64,000 bases of DNA from Candidatus Moraniibacteriota bacterium (GTDB lineage: Bacteria > Patescibacteriota > Minisyncoccia > Moranbacterales > UBA1568). The stretch lies in contig JAQTYF010000001.1 of NCBI GenBank assembly GCA_028688415.1, positions 780,020 to 844,019 of the forward strand, given 5' to 3'. The notes beneath the pieces are model-generated. The model saw only the letters and a list, made by a program, of their open reading frames with translations, was not told the origin of the DNA and did not search any database. The position numbers and the translations under genes are program-made. Positions within the stretch are counted from its first letter, which is position 1. The number at the start of each line of letters is the position of its first letter. Below are positions 18,872 to 29,273 of this stretch, in pieces.

Positions 18872-19739
18872 TGAAAAAATCGTTATAGGCACGATATACT
18901 TGTTCTGAAGCAGGAGTTTTCCACACTTTTCTATCAAACAAATTTTTCGCTCTTCGTATTCTAACATAAAGAGCTATGTGCGGTCGAAGGAAAAAAGGGG
19001 TGTGTTTCTGAAAAAAAATCAGTCCGGAAAGGACAAGGAAGTACACTTTTTGAGGATTTTCATTACTTTTCTCCCTATGATAGACTTTTGCTCCTGAAAC
19101 GACAAGGAGGTCAAAACCAGCTTCTCTTGCACGAAAAGAGTAGTCTACATCCTCATAGTAGAGAAAAAAACACTCGTCGAGAAATCCTATTTTTTCAATA
19201 AGCTCTTTTTTTATAAGGAGAGCGCAACCAGTAAGAAAGTTGCTTGTATATGTGTCTTTGTTTTGTTCTGTTAAAGAAGGTTTCGTATGTATGGCCCTCA
19301 TTCGGGAAAAAAGCACTCTTCCTTGAGCAAACCATATTTTCTTCTTTTCTTCTTCATAAACAACTGGGCTCAGTAAACCAGCATGGGAATGTTTTTCTCC
19401 AGCAGAAACAAGAAGAGAAAGTGCTTCTGAATCGATTTCTGCATCATAATTAAACAAGAGACAATATTCTGCTCCACAGGAAAGCGCCTCCTTTATACCG
19501 ACATTCATTCCTTTGGAAAAACCGAGATTTTCCTTATTTTCAATAAAAATACATTGTGGAAATTGTTGTTTTACTTGTCTAAAGGAGTGATCGGTAGAGT
19601 GATTATCCACCACAATAATTTCTTTGTTTGAATATGAAAGCTGATGAAGTGACCGCAAACATGAAGGAAGACAGTCTGCTCCATTGTAATTCAAAACAAT
19701 AATTGCCACTTTTGGCTCTATAGACATATTTTTCAACAA
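18780..19739 (-). CDS. glycosyltransferase family 2
   Basis: VAIIVLNYNG...VVDNHSTD...YYEDVD. Confidence 0.7.
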   Translation of the reverse strand: MLKNMSIEPKVAIIVLNYNGADCLPSCLRSLHQLSYSNKEIIVVDNHSTDHSFRQVKQQFPQCIFIENKENLGFSKGMNVGIKEALSCGAEYCLLFNYDAEIDSEALSLLVSAGEKHSHAGLLSPVVYEEEKKKIWFAQGRVLFSRMRAIHTKPSLTEQNKDTYTSNFLTGCALLIKKELIEKIGFLDECFFLYYEDVDYSFRAREAGFDLLVVSGAKVYHREKSNENPQKVYFLVLSGLIFFQKHTPFFLRPHIALYVRIRRAKNLFDRKVWKTPASEQVYRAYNDFFNEYPTAYFSYLRQLSERLLSKIRSGKHLFF

Positions 19740-19790
19740 TATACACGATTTTTTGTCAAAAAAGTATTGATGTGAACACTTTTTCTTTAT

Positions 19791-21287
19791 CTACAAGGTT
19801 ATTGTTTCTCCTTTTTCGATAGACGAAAAGTCATTTTTCTCTCCTTTTTGAAAAAGATTCATCACTTCTTTAGCTGTGATGGCTCGAGTAAGCCAAAGCA
19901 TAATAAGATACGTAGCTACTCCTGAAAAACCAGCCAGGAAAAATGAATATGGGGAAAGAAAAAGAAGAATGAAAGACATACTCATTCCTGACAGAAGAAT
20001 TTTTCCGATATTCTCAAAGGAAGGGCGATACTGAACATGTTTGTATACAAGAAAACTTGTCACCAGAACAACAAGCATTTCTGTGGCTAGCGAAGAGAAA
20101 GCTGCTCCGTGATAGGAAAAGCGAGGAATAAGAAAGAAATTCAGACAGATATTGAAAAGAGCGACAAAAAAGAGTGTTTGCATAAGTTTTTTTTGAGCAT
20201 TCCCAACGATAAGCAACATATTGAAAAAGTTTCCGAAAAAGATACAGGCAAGAGAAAAAATCAATATTCGAAGTACTGGTGCCGACTCCATAAAACCCTC
20301 TCCAGAAACAATGCGAATGATATCATCTGAAAGAAACCACGTACCCACAACAATAGGAACAACGATAATGAAAAAAACTTTGAAAGTTTTATTCGCTATT
20401 TCCTCAAAATGCTTTCTCTTGGTGTAAATAAATCGCGAAAGAAGGGGAAGAATAAGGCCAACAAGCATCGCAGGAAAGAAAATAAGATTTTCCATCACCT
20501 TGTAAGCAACATTGTAAATACCTACATCGGCATTACTCTGAAGTAAAGAAAGAAGTATGGTGTCTATTTTGAAATACGTGAAGGTAATGATGGCAGTTGC
20601 TCCCATCGGCAACGACTCGCGTAGAAAATTCTTCCAAAACACGACATCAATCTTCGGAGAAAATCGAATAAACCTCCGGCTCAGGAGAAAAACAATAATA
20701 GCATTAAAAGAAAGTGATGCGAGAAGTGTCGATGTGACAGCTAAAAAGCCGAGATCTGCCTGAACAACAAAGAAAACGAGGCTTACCTGAAAAACTTTGC
20801 CAAGAAACTCGATAAGAGCAACTTTATCCATAGCGAGACGCTTCTGGAAGATGCCATTCATGAAAAGTGACGTAGTAGAAAAGAGAATTGCTCCTGCTGC
20901 AATCAAAATCCCTGTTTTCAAATCATTTTCATACTGCAAGAAAACAATTAAAAGAGGCGCGAGAAGGAAAACAGTCAAAGAAGTGGTTAATCGCAGAGAA
21001 AGCACCTTACTTAAAATGTTTTTTTCATCAGCCCCTTCTCTTGAAATCTCACGCGCAGTCACGGAGCTCAGGCCTAGGTCTGCAATGGCGGAAAAAAACG
21101 CAAAAAAGGCCAACACTGTGGAATATTTACCAAATCCATCTTGTCCAAGGTATCCCGTAATCAAACGAATTGAATACAGAGAAAGAGCCACTGTGGAAAA
21201 TACCTTCAAGAAAGAATTGAGAACGACATTATAGGCGATTTTTCGCGCAAGAGCCATTGTATTCTTTTTAATTGTAGAAAAAAACAA
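19791..21287 (-). CDS. MOP-superfamily polysaccharide flippase (Wzx/MurJ-like)
   Basis: 498 aa, about 14 TM helices; typical polysaccharide biosynthesis protein N-terminus. Confidence 0.65.
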   Translation of the reverse strand: MFFSTIKKNTMALARKIAYNVVLNSFLKVFSTVALSLYSIRLITGYLGQDGFGKYSTVLAFFAFFSAIADLGLSSVTAREISREGADEKNILSKVLSLRLTTSLTVFLLAPLLIVFLQYENDLKTGILIAAGAILFSTTSLFMNGIFQKRLAMDKVALIEFLGKVFQVSLVFFVVQADLGFLAVTSTLLASLSFNAIIVFLLSRRFIRFSPKIDVVFWKNFLRESLPMGATAIITFTYFKIDTILLSLLQSNADVGIYNVAYKVMENLIFFPAMLVGLILPLLSRFIYTKRKHFEEIANKTFKVFFIIVVPIVVGTWFLSDDIIRIVSGEGFMESAPVLRILIFSLACIFFGNFFNMLLIVGNAQKKLMQTLFFVALFNICLNFFLIPRFSYHGAAFSSLATEMLVVLVTSFLVYKHVQYRPSFENIGKILLSGMSMSFILLFLSPYSFFLAGFSGVATYLIMLWLTRAITAKEVMNLFQKGEKNDFSSIEKGETITL

Positions 21288-21292
21288 AAAAT

Positions 21293-21769
21293 CTACTTTC
21301 CTTCTTTTTTTGGATGAATCACTACTTTACGTGCTTCTCCTGTTCCAACACTCTCTGTTATTACTTCATCGTTGTCTGCGAAAAAAGAGTGCACTATTTT
21401 ACGTTCATACGGAAGCATTGGACGCAAAGTAACCGATATATTGGTATTTAGAGCTTCTTCCTCCGCTTTCTTTGCTTCTTTCTCGAGCAATGCTTTTTTT
21501 TCAAGAAAATAATCATTCACATCCACAATAATCTGAATTTTTTCTGTTATTTTCTTACGGAGAAGAATGCGTAAAATATGTTGAATAGCGGTCAGATTTG
21601 TACCATATTGACCAATAAGAAAGTTTTGATCTTTCTCAACAGTTAAACGACAAAAAAAACTCTTTGAATCGGTTTCTTGTTCCGAAACCTCAATTTTTGC
21701 TTCAAAATCAAGCTTTTTGAGCAATTCTTCCAGGAGTTCTTCAATAATTTGTTGATAGGTTTTTTCCAT
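21293..21769 (-). CDS. jag: Jag/KhpB-like KH plus R3H RNA-binding protein
   Basis: C-terminal R3H motif (ERKIVHSF); position after yidC. Confidence 0.7.
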   Translation of the reverse strand: MEKTYQQIIEELLEELLKKLDFEAKIEVSEQETDSKSFFCRLTVEKDQNFLIGQYGTNLTAIQHILRILLRKKITEKIQIIVDVNDYFLEKKALLEKEAKKAEEEALNTNISVTLRPMLPYERKIVHSFFADNDEVITESVGTGEARKVVIHPKKEGK

Positions 21770-21772
21770 ACA

Positions 21773-22504
21773 CTATTTTTCTTCTTTTACTTTCAATAAA
21801 ACCTTTTGTTGAAATAACATAAAAAGAGTCGAGAAGAGCCAGTAAAGGGAGAGGGCCGCAGGAAAGGTTACTCCGATAAAGAAAGTCATTCCAGGACCCA
21901 GATAGAGCATCTGCTTATTCATTATACTCGCAAAATCTGGTTCTGACGAAGAAGACTCTTCTTTGGGCGGTAAGAGAGGGGACTGCAATAACATTTTTGT
22001 CTGGAAATATTGAGCTAAAGCAGAAAGAATAGCGAGTATATAGCTTGGTTTAGTGAGATCGAGTATATGGAGAGAGAGATGATTGATTTCTCCTGGATTT
22101 TGTATAAAACGATAGAGATCGGTCGGATTCACAACAAAACCGCTCTGTGAAATATTGATAATCACTCGATAAATAGCAATAAGAAAGACGAGCTGAATAA
22201 TAAGAGGTAAACAACCAGAAAAAGGGTTGGCATTATTTTCCTTATAAAAAGCCATAAGTGCCTTTGTTTGTTGTTCTTTGTTGTTTTTGTATTTTTGTTG
22301 AATGGCCTTGATTTTCGGTTGCAATTCCTGCATCTTTCGTTGAGATTCGATTTGCTTCTTAGAAAGCGGTATAAGAAACGATTTCAGCGCGAGGGTCGTC
22401 AAAATAATAGCGATGCCAAAGTCATGGCCTGGAATGACATTATAAAAGAAAATAAGGGTATTGTAGAGCGGTTGATAGATAGAAATGTCAAAAATATGCA
22501 TCAT
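21773..22504 (-). CDS. yidC: membrane protein insertase YidC (short form)
   Basis: 243 aa, 5 TM helices; conserved position rnpA-yidC-jag. Confidence 0.8.
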   Translation of the reverse strand: MMHIFDISIYQPLYNTLIFFYNVIPGHDFGIAIILTTLALKSFLIPLSKKQIESQRKMQELQPKIKAIQQKYKNNKEQQTKALMAFYKENNANPFSGCLPLIIQLVFLIAIYRVIINISQSGFVVNPTDLYRFIQNPGEINHLSLHILDLTKPSYILAILSALAQYFQTKMLLQSPLLPPKEESSSSEPDFASIMNKQMLYLGPGMTFFIGVTFPAALSLYWLFSTLFMLFQQKVLLKVKEEK

Positions 22505-22523
22505 ACTCTTTTTTTATTTAATA

Positions 22524-22859
22524 CTATTTATTCAGTATCTGAAAAAGATCTTCTATTCTCTTTTTTATCTCTATAAATGGCCTTTCTTTGGACTGTTTTT
22601 GAGTGAGAAAAAACACAACATCTCCTTCTTTAGGCCATTTTTCCTTATAAGAATACACTGCTTCAGACAATCTTCTCCTTAATCTATTTCGGTCCACGGC
22701 AAGTGGGAGGTATTTCTTACTCAAAGAAAATCCGATATGAAAAGATGGAGTATCTTTTTTATAACGACAGCCTATTCCTTCAAAAAAAAGAGTCTTACCG
22801 AAGCGAAAGACTCTTTCAAAATCCTCTTTTTTTCGCAAACAAAAACCTTTTTTCAACAT
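22524..22859 (-). CDS. rnpA: ribonuclease P protein component
   Basis: RNR-like motif (DRNRLRRRLSEA); downstream of rpmH. Confidence 0.8.
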   Translation of the reverse strand: MLKKGFCLRKKEDFERVFRFGKTLFFEGIGCRYKKDTPSFHIGFSLSKKYLPLAVDRNRLRRRLSEAVYSYKEKWPKEGDVVFFLTQKQSKERPFIEIKKRIEDLFQILNK

Positions 22860-22862
22860 ACT

Positions 22863-23003
22863 TTATGCTACAGTCAGTTTCTTGCGACCGTCTCTACGAC
22901 GGTTAGCGACAACTTTTCTTCCTCCGACGGTATTCATTCTTTCGAGAAAACCGTGCCGACGAGCACGCTTGAGTGTTTTTGGTTGATATGTTCTCTTTGG
23001 CAT
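22863..23003 (-). CDS. rpmH: 50S ribosomal protein L34 (46 aa; absent from the ORF track because under 60 aa)
   Basis: Manual translation gives [46 protein letters not shown]. Confidence 0.85.
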   Translation of the reverse strand: MPKRTYQPKTLKRARRHGFLERMNTVGGRKVVANRRRDGRKKLTVA

Positions 23004-23269
23004 ATAATAAACATTACATCTTAGTCAATTGGATATTTTTCTATTGTACCAGAAAAAGAAAGGAAGTCAATCTCCAAGCCACTTTTTCTCTTTTTTTTCT
23101 CTCTTTCTCTTTATTCGTCTTTTTATATAAAAAATATCCTCTCTAGAGAGATTTTTCAGAGTTATACACCACTTATCCACTCTTTCTTTTTTCCCCCTCT
23201 TTGCCTCTTGTTCTAAGCGTGATATACTTTAATTCATTCTTTTTATCCCTAGTTAGGTGGTTTTGATTT

Positions 23270-24685
23270 ATGACAAACGAGGATCTCTGGAAAGCTGTTT
23301 TAGGGCAAATGGAACTTTCTATTTCAAAAGCAAATTTCATTACCTGGTTCAAAAACACGAATATTGTCAGTAATCAAGACGGTATTATTACTATTGGCGT
23401 TCCAAATGGTTTTGCAAAGGAATGGCTTGAGAATAAATACAATCTCTTTATTTTACGTGCACTTAAAGAACTAAGTGGTGATATACAGAGTATTCGTTGT
23501 ATTATTGCTCCTGAAAAAATAATTTCTTCTGTTAATTATTCAACTCCTCAAAAAAATATTGATGCTGTTCGAGCTCCGGAAAATACTGGCTTTGTACGAA
23601 AAAAGATTATAGAAAAACCTTTTTTTACAGAGACGGGTAGTTCTACACCTACTTTTCATGAAACAAATCTCAATAATCGCTATACCTTTGAAAATTTTAT
23701 TGTTGCGGAAAACAACGAGCTTGCTCGAGCGGCTTGTTTTGCTGTTTCACAAAACCTTGGTATGGCCTACAATCCTCTTTTTATTTATGGTGGTGTTGGG
23801 CTCGGAAAAACACATCTTCTCCAATCAATCGGCAATGAACTCGTGAAAAATTCTCCAGAAAAGAGGATTAAATACATCAATTCTGAACGATTTACAACAG
23901 AACTTGTTGATTCAATTAAAAATCAAAAGGTTGATAAATTTAAAGAATATTATCAACAGATGGATCTTCTTATTATTGATGATGTTCAATTTCTCTCAGG
24001 AAGAGAAAAAACACAGAATGAATTCTTTCATATTTTTAATGCCCTCTATCAACTTAATAAACAAATTGTTATCTCAAGCGATCGCCCTCCAAAGGCCATT
24101 CCTACGCTCGAAGAACGGTTAAGGTCTCGTTTTGAAGGAGGAATGATCACTGATATCAGTCGTCCAAACTTCGAAACACGCGTTGCTATTCTAGAATCAA
24201 AAATTGCTGAGAAGTCTTTTCTTATGGATACTCCTTCTATTCATTTTATTGCACAAAATATCACTCAAAATATTCGCGAACTTGAAGGCGCTTTAAACAG
24301 AGTTATTGCTTTTTGTGAGTTTCACAAACTTTCTCCAACACTTGAAAATACAGAAAAGATCCTTTCTCAACTTATAGAAAATAATAAAAAAACTATCCAA
24401 ATAGAGGATATCTTCCGTGTTATTACTCTTTTTTATAATATTACTCAAGAAGATCTTGTAAAAAAAGGACGTAAAAAAGAAATAGCTCATCCTCGGCAAG
24501 TCATGATGTATATGTTACGAACAGAACTTCAAACTCCTTTTTCAAGTATTGGAGATATTTTTGGAGGAAGAGATCATACAACAGCCCTTCATGCATTTGA
24601 AAAGATACAAAAAAACAAAGACCTTCACCCACGACTGAAAGAAGAGTTACAAACACTTAAAGAGCGTCTCTATTACCCGGTATAA
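23270..24685 (+). CDS. dnaA: chromosomal replication initiator DnaA
   Basis: Walker A GVGLGKTHLL; AAA+ domain; C-terminal DNA-binding domain. Confidence 0.9.
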   Translation: MTNEDLWKAVLGQMELSISKANFITWFKNTNIVSNQDGIITIGVPNGFAKEWLENKYNLFILRALKELSGDIQSIRCIIAPEKIISSVNYSTPQKNIDAVRAPENTGFVRKKIIEKPFFTETGSSTPTFHETNLNNRYTFENFIVAENNELARAACFAVSQNLGMAYNPLFIYGGVGLGKTHLLQSIGNELVKNSPEKRIKYINSERFTTELVDSIKNQKVDKFKEYYQQMDLLIIDDVQFLSGREKTQNEFFHIFNALYQLNKQIVISSDRPPKAIPTLEERLRSRFEGGMITDISRPNFETRVAILESKIAEKSFLMDTPSIHFIAQNITQNIRELEGALNRVIAFCEFHKLSPTLENTEKILSQLIENNKKTIQIEDIFRVITLFYNITQEDLVKKGRKKEIAHPRQVMMYMLRTELQTPFSSIGDIFGGRDHTTALHAFEKIQKNKDLHPRLKEELQTLKERLYYPV

Positions 24686-24948
24686 TGTATAAGTGTGTAT
24701 AAGTACCTAAAAATGGTGTAAAGTTGTTGTATAACATTTCAGTTGTTGTGGATAAAAAGAAGTTGTTTTTCTTTTTTCTCTCTTTCTTTAAAAAATAATA
24801 TACTTTCCATCTTCATTCTCTTTTTCCACTCTCCTTAAAAAGATTGTAAAGAAAGCATAAAACAAAGTTATCCAGATATCCACACCACTAATAGTAATAA
24901 TGAAGTCTTTAAAATTTAAAAAATAATAACCATTAATACACTCTCTTT
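24686..24948. promoter_or_regulatory. dnaA-dnaN intergenic oriC-like region with DnaA boxes
   Basis: Perfect TTATCCACA on the complement at 24747-24755. TTATCCAGA at 24868-24876 and TATCCACAC at 24877-24885. AT-rich stretch. One more box, TTATCCACT, at 23172-23180 upstream of dnaA. Confidence 0.55.
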
Positions 24949-26103
24949 ATGAAACTCATTTGTACACAAGAAAACCTCAATAGAATAATTTCTTATTTAG
25001 AGAAAGTAGCTGGAAAACAGTCAACACTTCCAATTTTAAGTAATTTTCTTCTTGAAACAGAAAATGGCAGATTGAAAATATCTGCAACAAATCTCGAAAT
25101 CGGTATTATAGGATATATTGGAGCAAAAATAGAAAAAGAAGGGAAAATAGCAATACCAGCAAAATTACTGAGTAACTTTATTCATAATCTTCCTCTTGGA
25201 GATGTGCTTGAATTAGAAAGCGATACTGAAGGGTTGAAAATAATCAGTACAGCTTATCAGACGAAAATAAAAGGGTTAGATGGAAAAGATTTTCCTATTA
25301 TTCCTGAATATAAGGAAGAATATTTTTTCTCGTTTCCAGCTCAAGAATTAAAAAGAGCTCTTTCTCGACTTCTCTTTTGTATTAGTGTAAATAATGCACG
25401 TTTAGAGCTCACTGGTGTGCATATTTTCTTTTATAAAGACCATATAGAATTAGCTTCTACAGATAGTTTTCGTCTCGCAGAAGAAACTATTCCTCTTGTG
25501 GTCCAAGGAAGTGAATATGATGCATTTCTTACAAACAATCAATCGCTTATCATTCCAGGAAATACCCTTCATGAAATTATTCATATTATTACCCCAGAAA
25601 GTAAAGATGTAAAAATTGCTCTCAAAGAAAATCAAATATTTTTTGAAATAGATGGCGTTCAAATTATATCAAGGATTATTAATGGTAAATATCCAGATTA
25701 TAAGCAGATTATTCCAAAAAATTTCCAATTTCAAGCTGTTTTTGAAAAAGAATCACTACAAAGAGCATTGAAAATAGCAAGTAGTTTTTCTTCCTATAAT
25801 TCAAGTGAAATTACTCTTCATCTTCAATCAAAAGAGAAACAATGTGTTGTTTCATCAGAATCTCAAGAAATAGGTACAAATAAAGCTATTCTTCCTATAG
25901 AGATAATAAAAGATAATATTGAACCACTCACCATTATCTTTAATCCACGATATCTTTTAGAGGGAATAAGTGCTCTTGGAAGTGAAAAAATTCTTTTCTC
26001 TGCAAATGATAAATCAACACCAGTAGAATTAAGAATCTCAGATACAAAAAATACCCTTCTTACAGAAAATTATCTCTATATTGTAATGCCTATTCGTAAA
26101 TAG
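24949..26103 (+). CDS. dnaN: DNA polymerase III beta sliding clamp
   Basis: 384 aa, three-domain clamp; position after dnaA. Confidence 0.9.
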   Translation: MKLICTQENLNRIISYLEKVAGKQSTLPILSNFLLETENGRLKISATNLEIGIIGYIGAKIEKEGKIAIPAKLLSNFIHNLPLGDVLELESDTEGLKIISTAYQTKIKGLDGKDFPIIPEYKEEYFFSFPAQELKRALSRLLFCISVNNARLELTGVHIFFYKDHIELASTDSFRLAEETIPLVVQGSEYDAFLTNNQSLIIPGNTLHEIIHIITPESKDVKIALKENQIFFEIDGVQIISRIINGKYPDYKQIIPKNFQFQAVFEKESLQRALKIASSFSSYNSSEITLHLQSKEKQCVVSSESQEIGTNKAILPIEIIKDNIEPLTIIFNPRYLLEGISALGSEKILFSANDKSTPVELRISDTKNTLLTENYLYIVMPIRK

Positions 26104-26127
26104 AAGACCCTTCTTACAAAGCATATT

Positions 26128-26421
26128 ATGAGAAATCTTAAAGATCTTCTTCCAAGAAAACGCTCTTCTTCTGTTGTTGTGGAAATAGATGAAAAAACAA
26201 TTTTTCATATTGCAAAACGTATTTTAATTGAAGAATATGGCGTTCGTGGTGGAGAAAATATTATACCGAGTTTTTATAAAGAAAAAAAACTCTTTCTTTC
26301 TCCACGAAGTTCTTTGTGGGCAAATGAGGTTTATCTTATGAAAGAACATATTACTCGGAGAATCAATGAAATGTCGGGTAATGAAGTAGTAAAAGAGATA
26401 AAAATTACACAACAAATATAA
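26128..26421 (+). CDS. DUF721/DciA-family small protein
   Basis: 97 aa; ...SLWANEVYLMKEHITRRIN...VKEIKI resembles the DUF721 pattern; sits just downstream of dnaN. Confidence 0.45.
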   Translation: MRNLKDLLPRKRSSSVVVEIDEKTIFHIAKRILIEEYGVRGGENIIPSFYKEKKLFLSPRSSLWANEVYLMKEHITRRINEMSGNEVVKEIKITQQI

Positions 26422-26501
26422 GTGCTGTCACGGCGCTTGAAACTCCATTACTCACCCCAAATAAAAGTAAATCTTTATTTTTTGGGCTCACGAGGAATTA
26501 T

Positions 26502-26528
26502 AAAAACCCTCTACAGTAGAGGGTTTTT
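26502..26528. terminator. bidirectional hairpin terminator
   Basis: aaaaaccctctac-agtagagggttttt. Confidence 0.55.
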
Positions 26529-26554
26529 ATGTGAAAAAAGAAAAGAGGTTGTTT

Positions 26555-29125
26555 TTAGAAGCTGACACTCATATTTTTACTATCAGTATCAGTGTTGCCA
26601 TTTTTATCCTTTACTTCAACACTAATAGTAATAGTAGAAGCATTTTTATCAAGAGGAATGGTGTATCCTACTGTATAAGGATCAGAAGCAGTAGATCCTA
26701 CAGAAGATCCATTTATAGAGTAGGTGACAGATTCTACTCCATAAGGAGCATCAATAGAGGCTGTAAGAGAGAGCGATGCTGATGTTGTGGTATCTGGGGT
26801 GGAAAGTTTGACATCTACCCTATATTTTTTGAAATCACTTTCTTTACATTCATCTGTTGGTGGAGCGCCAAGAATAGATCCTTTTTGGTCTTTATACCAA
26901 TCTTTCACACTTTTCTCCCAATTTTTAAATTGAGAATCATTTTCAGGTTTTTCAGGAATTGGTCCACGAGGATCTTCTCTGTCAACATAAAAGAGAATAT
27001 CATGGGTACTTGTAAAATCTTTTTTATCTTGTTCGCTTTCTGGACAATATTTATTTGAAAGACAATACGTCTTTTTTTCTCCCGGAATAGAACAAACCTT
27101 CAAATCCTTTTCTTTTTCAATTTTTCCTGAAAGCATTGGTTTGTTTGTTTTTCCTTCTCCGTCACCAATTTCATCATCAGGAGTATATTTAGGAAAACTT
27201 TCTAGAGCATAATTTACCAAAGCTTTATCAAGAAAGTATCGCCAAATAGGAGCTGCGACATTCACACCGTCAGACCCCTCAAGCATTGAGCTATTATCAT
27301 TATTTCCTGCCCATACACCAACAGCAAGTGAGGGGGTATACCCAATCGTCCATCCATCGCGAAATTCGTTTGTAGTACCTGTTTTAGCAGCAACCGAACG
27401 AATATCAAATTGAAGGGGTGATTTTGCGCCAAAAACCCATTCCCGATTATTATTATTAGAAAGAACGGAATCGAGCATGGCCACATATTTTTCTTCGATA
27501 ACACGCTCTCCTGTATCAGGAGTATATTCTTCAATTTTTTGTCCTTTAGCATCTTCAATTCGCAAAATAGCGACCTTGTTGTGTCGGATACCTCCTGTTG
27601 CAAGAGTACTATAGGCATTTACATGGTCTAGGAGACGAACCTCTCCTCCTCCTAATACAAGAGATAGGCCGAGTTTCGAGGGATCATTGAGCCCTGTAAT
27701 GCCGAGGTTTTTTGCGGTGGCAATAGCATTCTTCACGCCGACGAGATAGAGTGTTTTGACAGCAGGAACGTTGAGCGATCCCCCGAGAGCTTTCATTATT
27801 GGAAGCGGACCATGAAATTTCCCATCATAATTGTTTGGTTCATAACTTTTTCCTTCAGCTGTTTCAAACTGTGTCTTTGTATCATAAAGAATAGTCTCAG
27901 GAAGATAGCCTTTTTCAAATGCCGCGAGATAAACATAGGGCTTAAAAGAAGAGCCAGGTTGTCGATTTGCAATAGCGACATTGAAATTTGGTTCAAAAGT
28001 ACAGTTCTTTCCTGTGATACACCCTGCCGGCTCTGATGTACCAAAATAATCTTTCGAGCCTACCATAGCGAGAATCTGACCAGTAAGCGGATCCATGGCC
28101 ACAAGAGCAGCATTTGCAGCTTTCCATTTTTTATTTTTTTCTGCAGATTCACGGATAGCCTCCTCAGCAATTTGTTGTTTTTCCCAATCGAGAGTTGTAA
28201 TAACCTTATATCCACCCTGTTCGACTGCCTTATCTCCGTATTTTTGCTGGAGAATATCTTTTATATACATCACAAAATGAGGAGCAGCGAGAATATTTCT
28301 CTGATTTTTAATCTTGCTCAACGTATTTGTTTCTATTGCCTCAGTAGCTTGTTCTTGGGTGATATAGCCAAGTCGCGCCATTGTCTTGAGAGCAAAAATT
28401 TTTCGTCCTATAAGTGCATCCGTATGAGAGCCGTAAGGCGAATAATATGCCGTAGCCTGAGGAAGTGACGCCACGAGAGCGGCTTCGTCGAGAGTCAGTT
28501 CTCGAGCAGGTTTTCCGAAAAATGTCTGAGATGCTGATTCAACACCATAAGCGTTGGACCCATAAGGTATTTCATTGAGATAGAGAGCGAGAATTTCGTC
28601 TTTAGAAAACTTTGTTTCGAGTTCGATAGAAAGAATAACCTCTTTAATTTTTCTTAAGAGCGTCTTTTCATTTGTCAGAAGGGAGTTTTTAACGAACTGT
28701 TGTGTAATAGTTGATCCTCCCTGAGCTTTTCCGAGATTGATGATATCTTTAAAAAGAGAACGAAAAATAGAAGTAATTTTTATACCATGATGATTATAAA
28801 AGTCTTGATCCTCGAGGCTAATAGTAGCGTATTTGATGACATCAGGCATGTCAGCAAAGTCAATAACGGTTCGTTTTTCTTCTCCATGGACATCATAGAG
28901 GAGATGCTCACCACTTCGATCATAGATTTTGGTTGATTCAATAACGACACGGTTATTGATAATGCCAGTACTTGGGAGATCTTTAGCGATATAAACAAAC
29001 CCACCAAGAGCAATCAGTACACCGAGTATAGAGAAAAAAAGCACACCTTTCCACAAAAAAGACCAGAACCTTGTTTTTGGCTTTTCTATGCCCGATATTT
29101 GTCTTCTTTTTCGAAAAAAAGTCAT
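26555..29125 (-). CDS. class A penicillin-binding protein (PBP1A, glycosyltransferase plus transpeptidase) with a C-terminal extension
   Basis: GT51 motifs (EDQDFYNHHGI, GGSTITQQ) and transpeptidase SxxK (PGSSFKP), KTGTT. Start is probably at MTFFRKRR; the ORF extends to 29257. Confidence 0.85.
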   Translation of the reverse strand: MTFFRKRRQISGIEKPKTRFWSFLWKGVLFFSILGVLIALGGFVYIAKDLPSTGIINNRVVIESTKIYDRSGEHLLYDVHGEEKRTVIDFADMPDVIKYATISLEDQDFYNHHGIKITSIFRSLFKDIINLGKAQGGSTITQQFVKNSLLTNEKTLLRKIKEVILSIELETKFSKDEILALYLNEIPYGSNAYGVESASQTFFGKPARELTLDEAALVASLPQATAYYSPYGSHTDALIGRKIFALKTMARLGYITQEQATEAIETNTLSKIKNQRNILAAPHFVMYIKDILQQKYGDKAVEQGGYKVITTLDWEKQQIAEEAIRESAEKNKKWKAANAALVAMDPLTGQILAMVGSKDYFGTSEPAGCITGKNCTFEPNFNVAIANRQPGSSFKPYVYLAAFEKGYLPETILYDTKTQFETAEGKSYEPNNYDGKFHGPLPIMKALGGSLNVPAVKTLYLVGVKNAIATAKNLGITGLNDPSKLGLSLVLGGGEVRLLDHVNAYSTLATGGIRHNKVAILRIEDAKGQKIEEYTPDTGERVIEEKYVAMLDSVLSNNNNREWVFGAKSPLQFDIRSVAAKTGTTNEFRDGWTIGYTPSLAVGVWAGNNDNSSMLEGSDGVNVAAPIWRYFLDKALVNYALESFPKYTPDDEIGDGEGKTNKPMLSGKIEKEKDLKVCSIPGEKKTYCLSNKYCPESEQDKKDFTSTHDILFYVDREDPRGPIPEKPENDSQFKNWEKSVKDWYKDQKGSILGAPPTDECKESDFKKYRVDVKLSTPDTTTSASLSLTASIDAPYGVESVTYSINGSSVGSTASDPYTVGYTIPLDKNASTITISVEVKDKNGNTDTDSKNMSVSF

Positions 29126-29273
29126 AGAGTAGATATGGGAGATATCTCTATTGTATAGCATAAAACAGATGAAAAGACAAGGAGTGGATTTGATTTGAAA
29201 ATTTGATTTTTTTGCTACAGAAGGTATATTTTGATAGTATTGCAAATAGAGAATCAATTATTTTTTTAGAGAG

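Noticed and set aside
26555-29257. N-terminal 44 residues of the PBP1A ORF
   Set aside because: The region upstream of MTFFRKRR lacks a membrane anchor and looks like read-through. The likely start is the internal Met at 29125.
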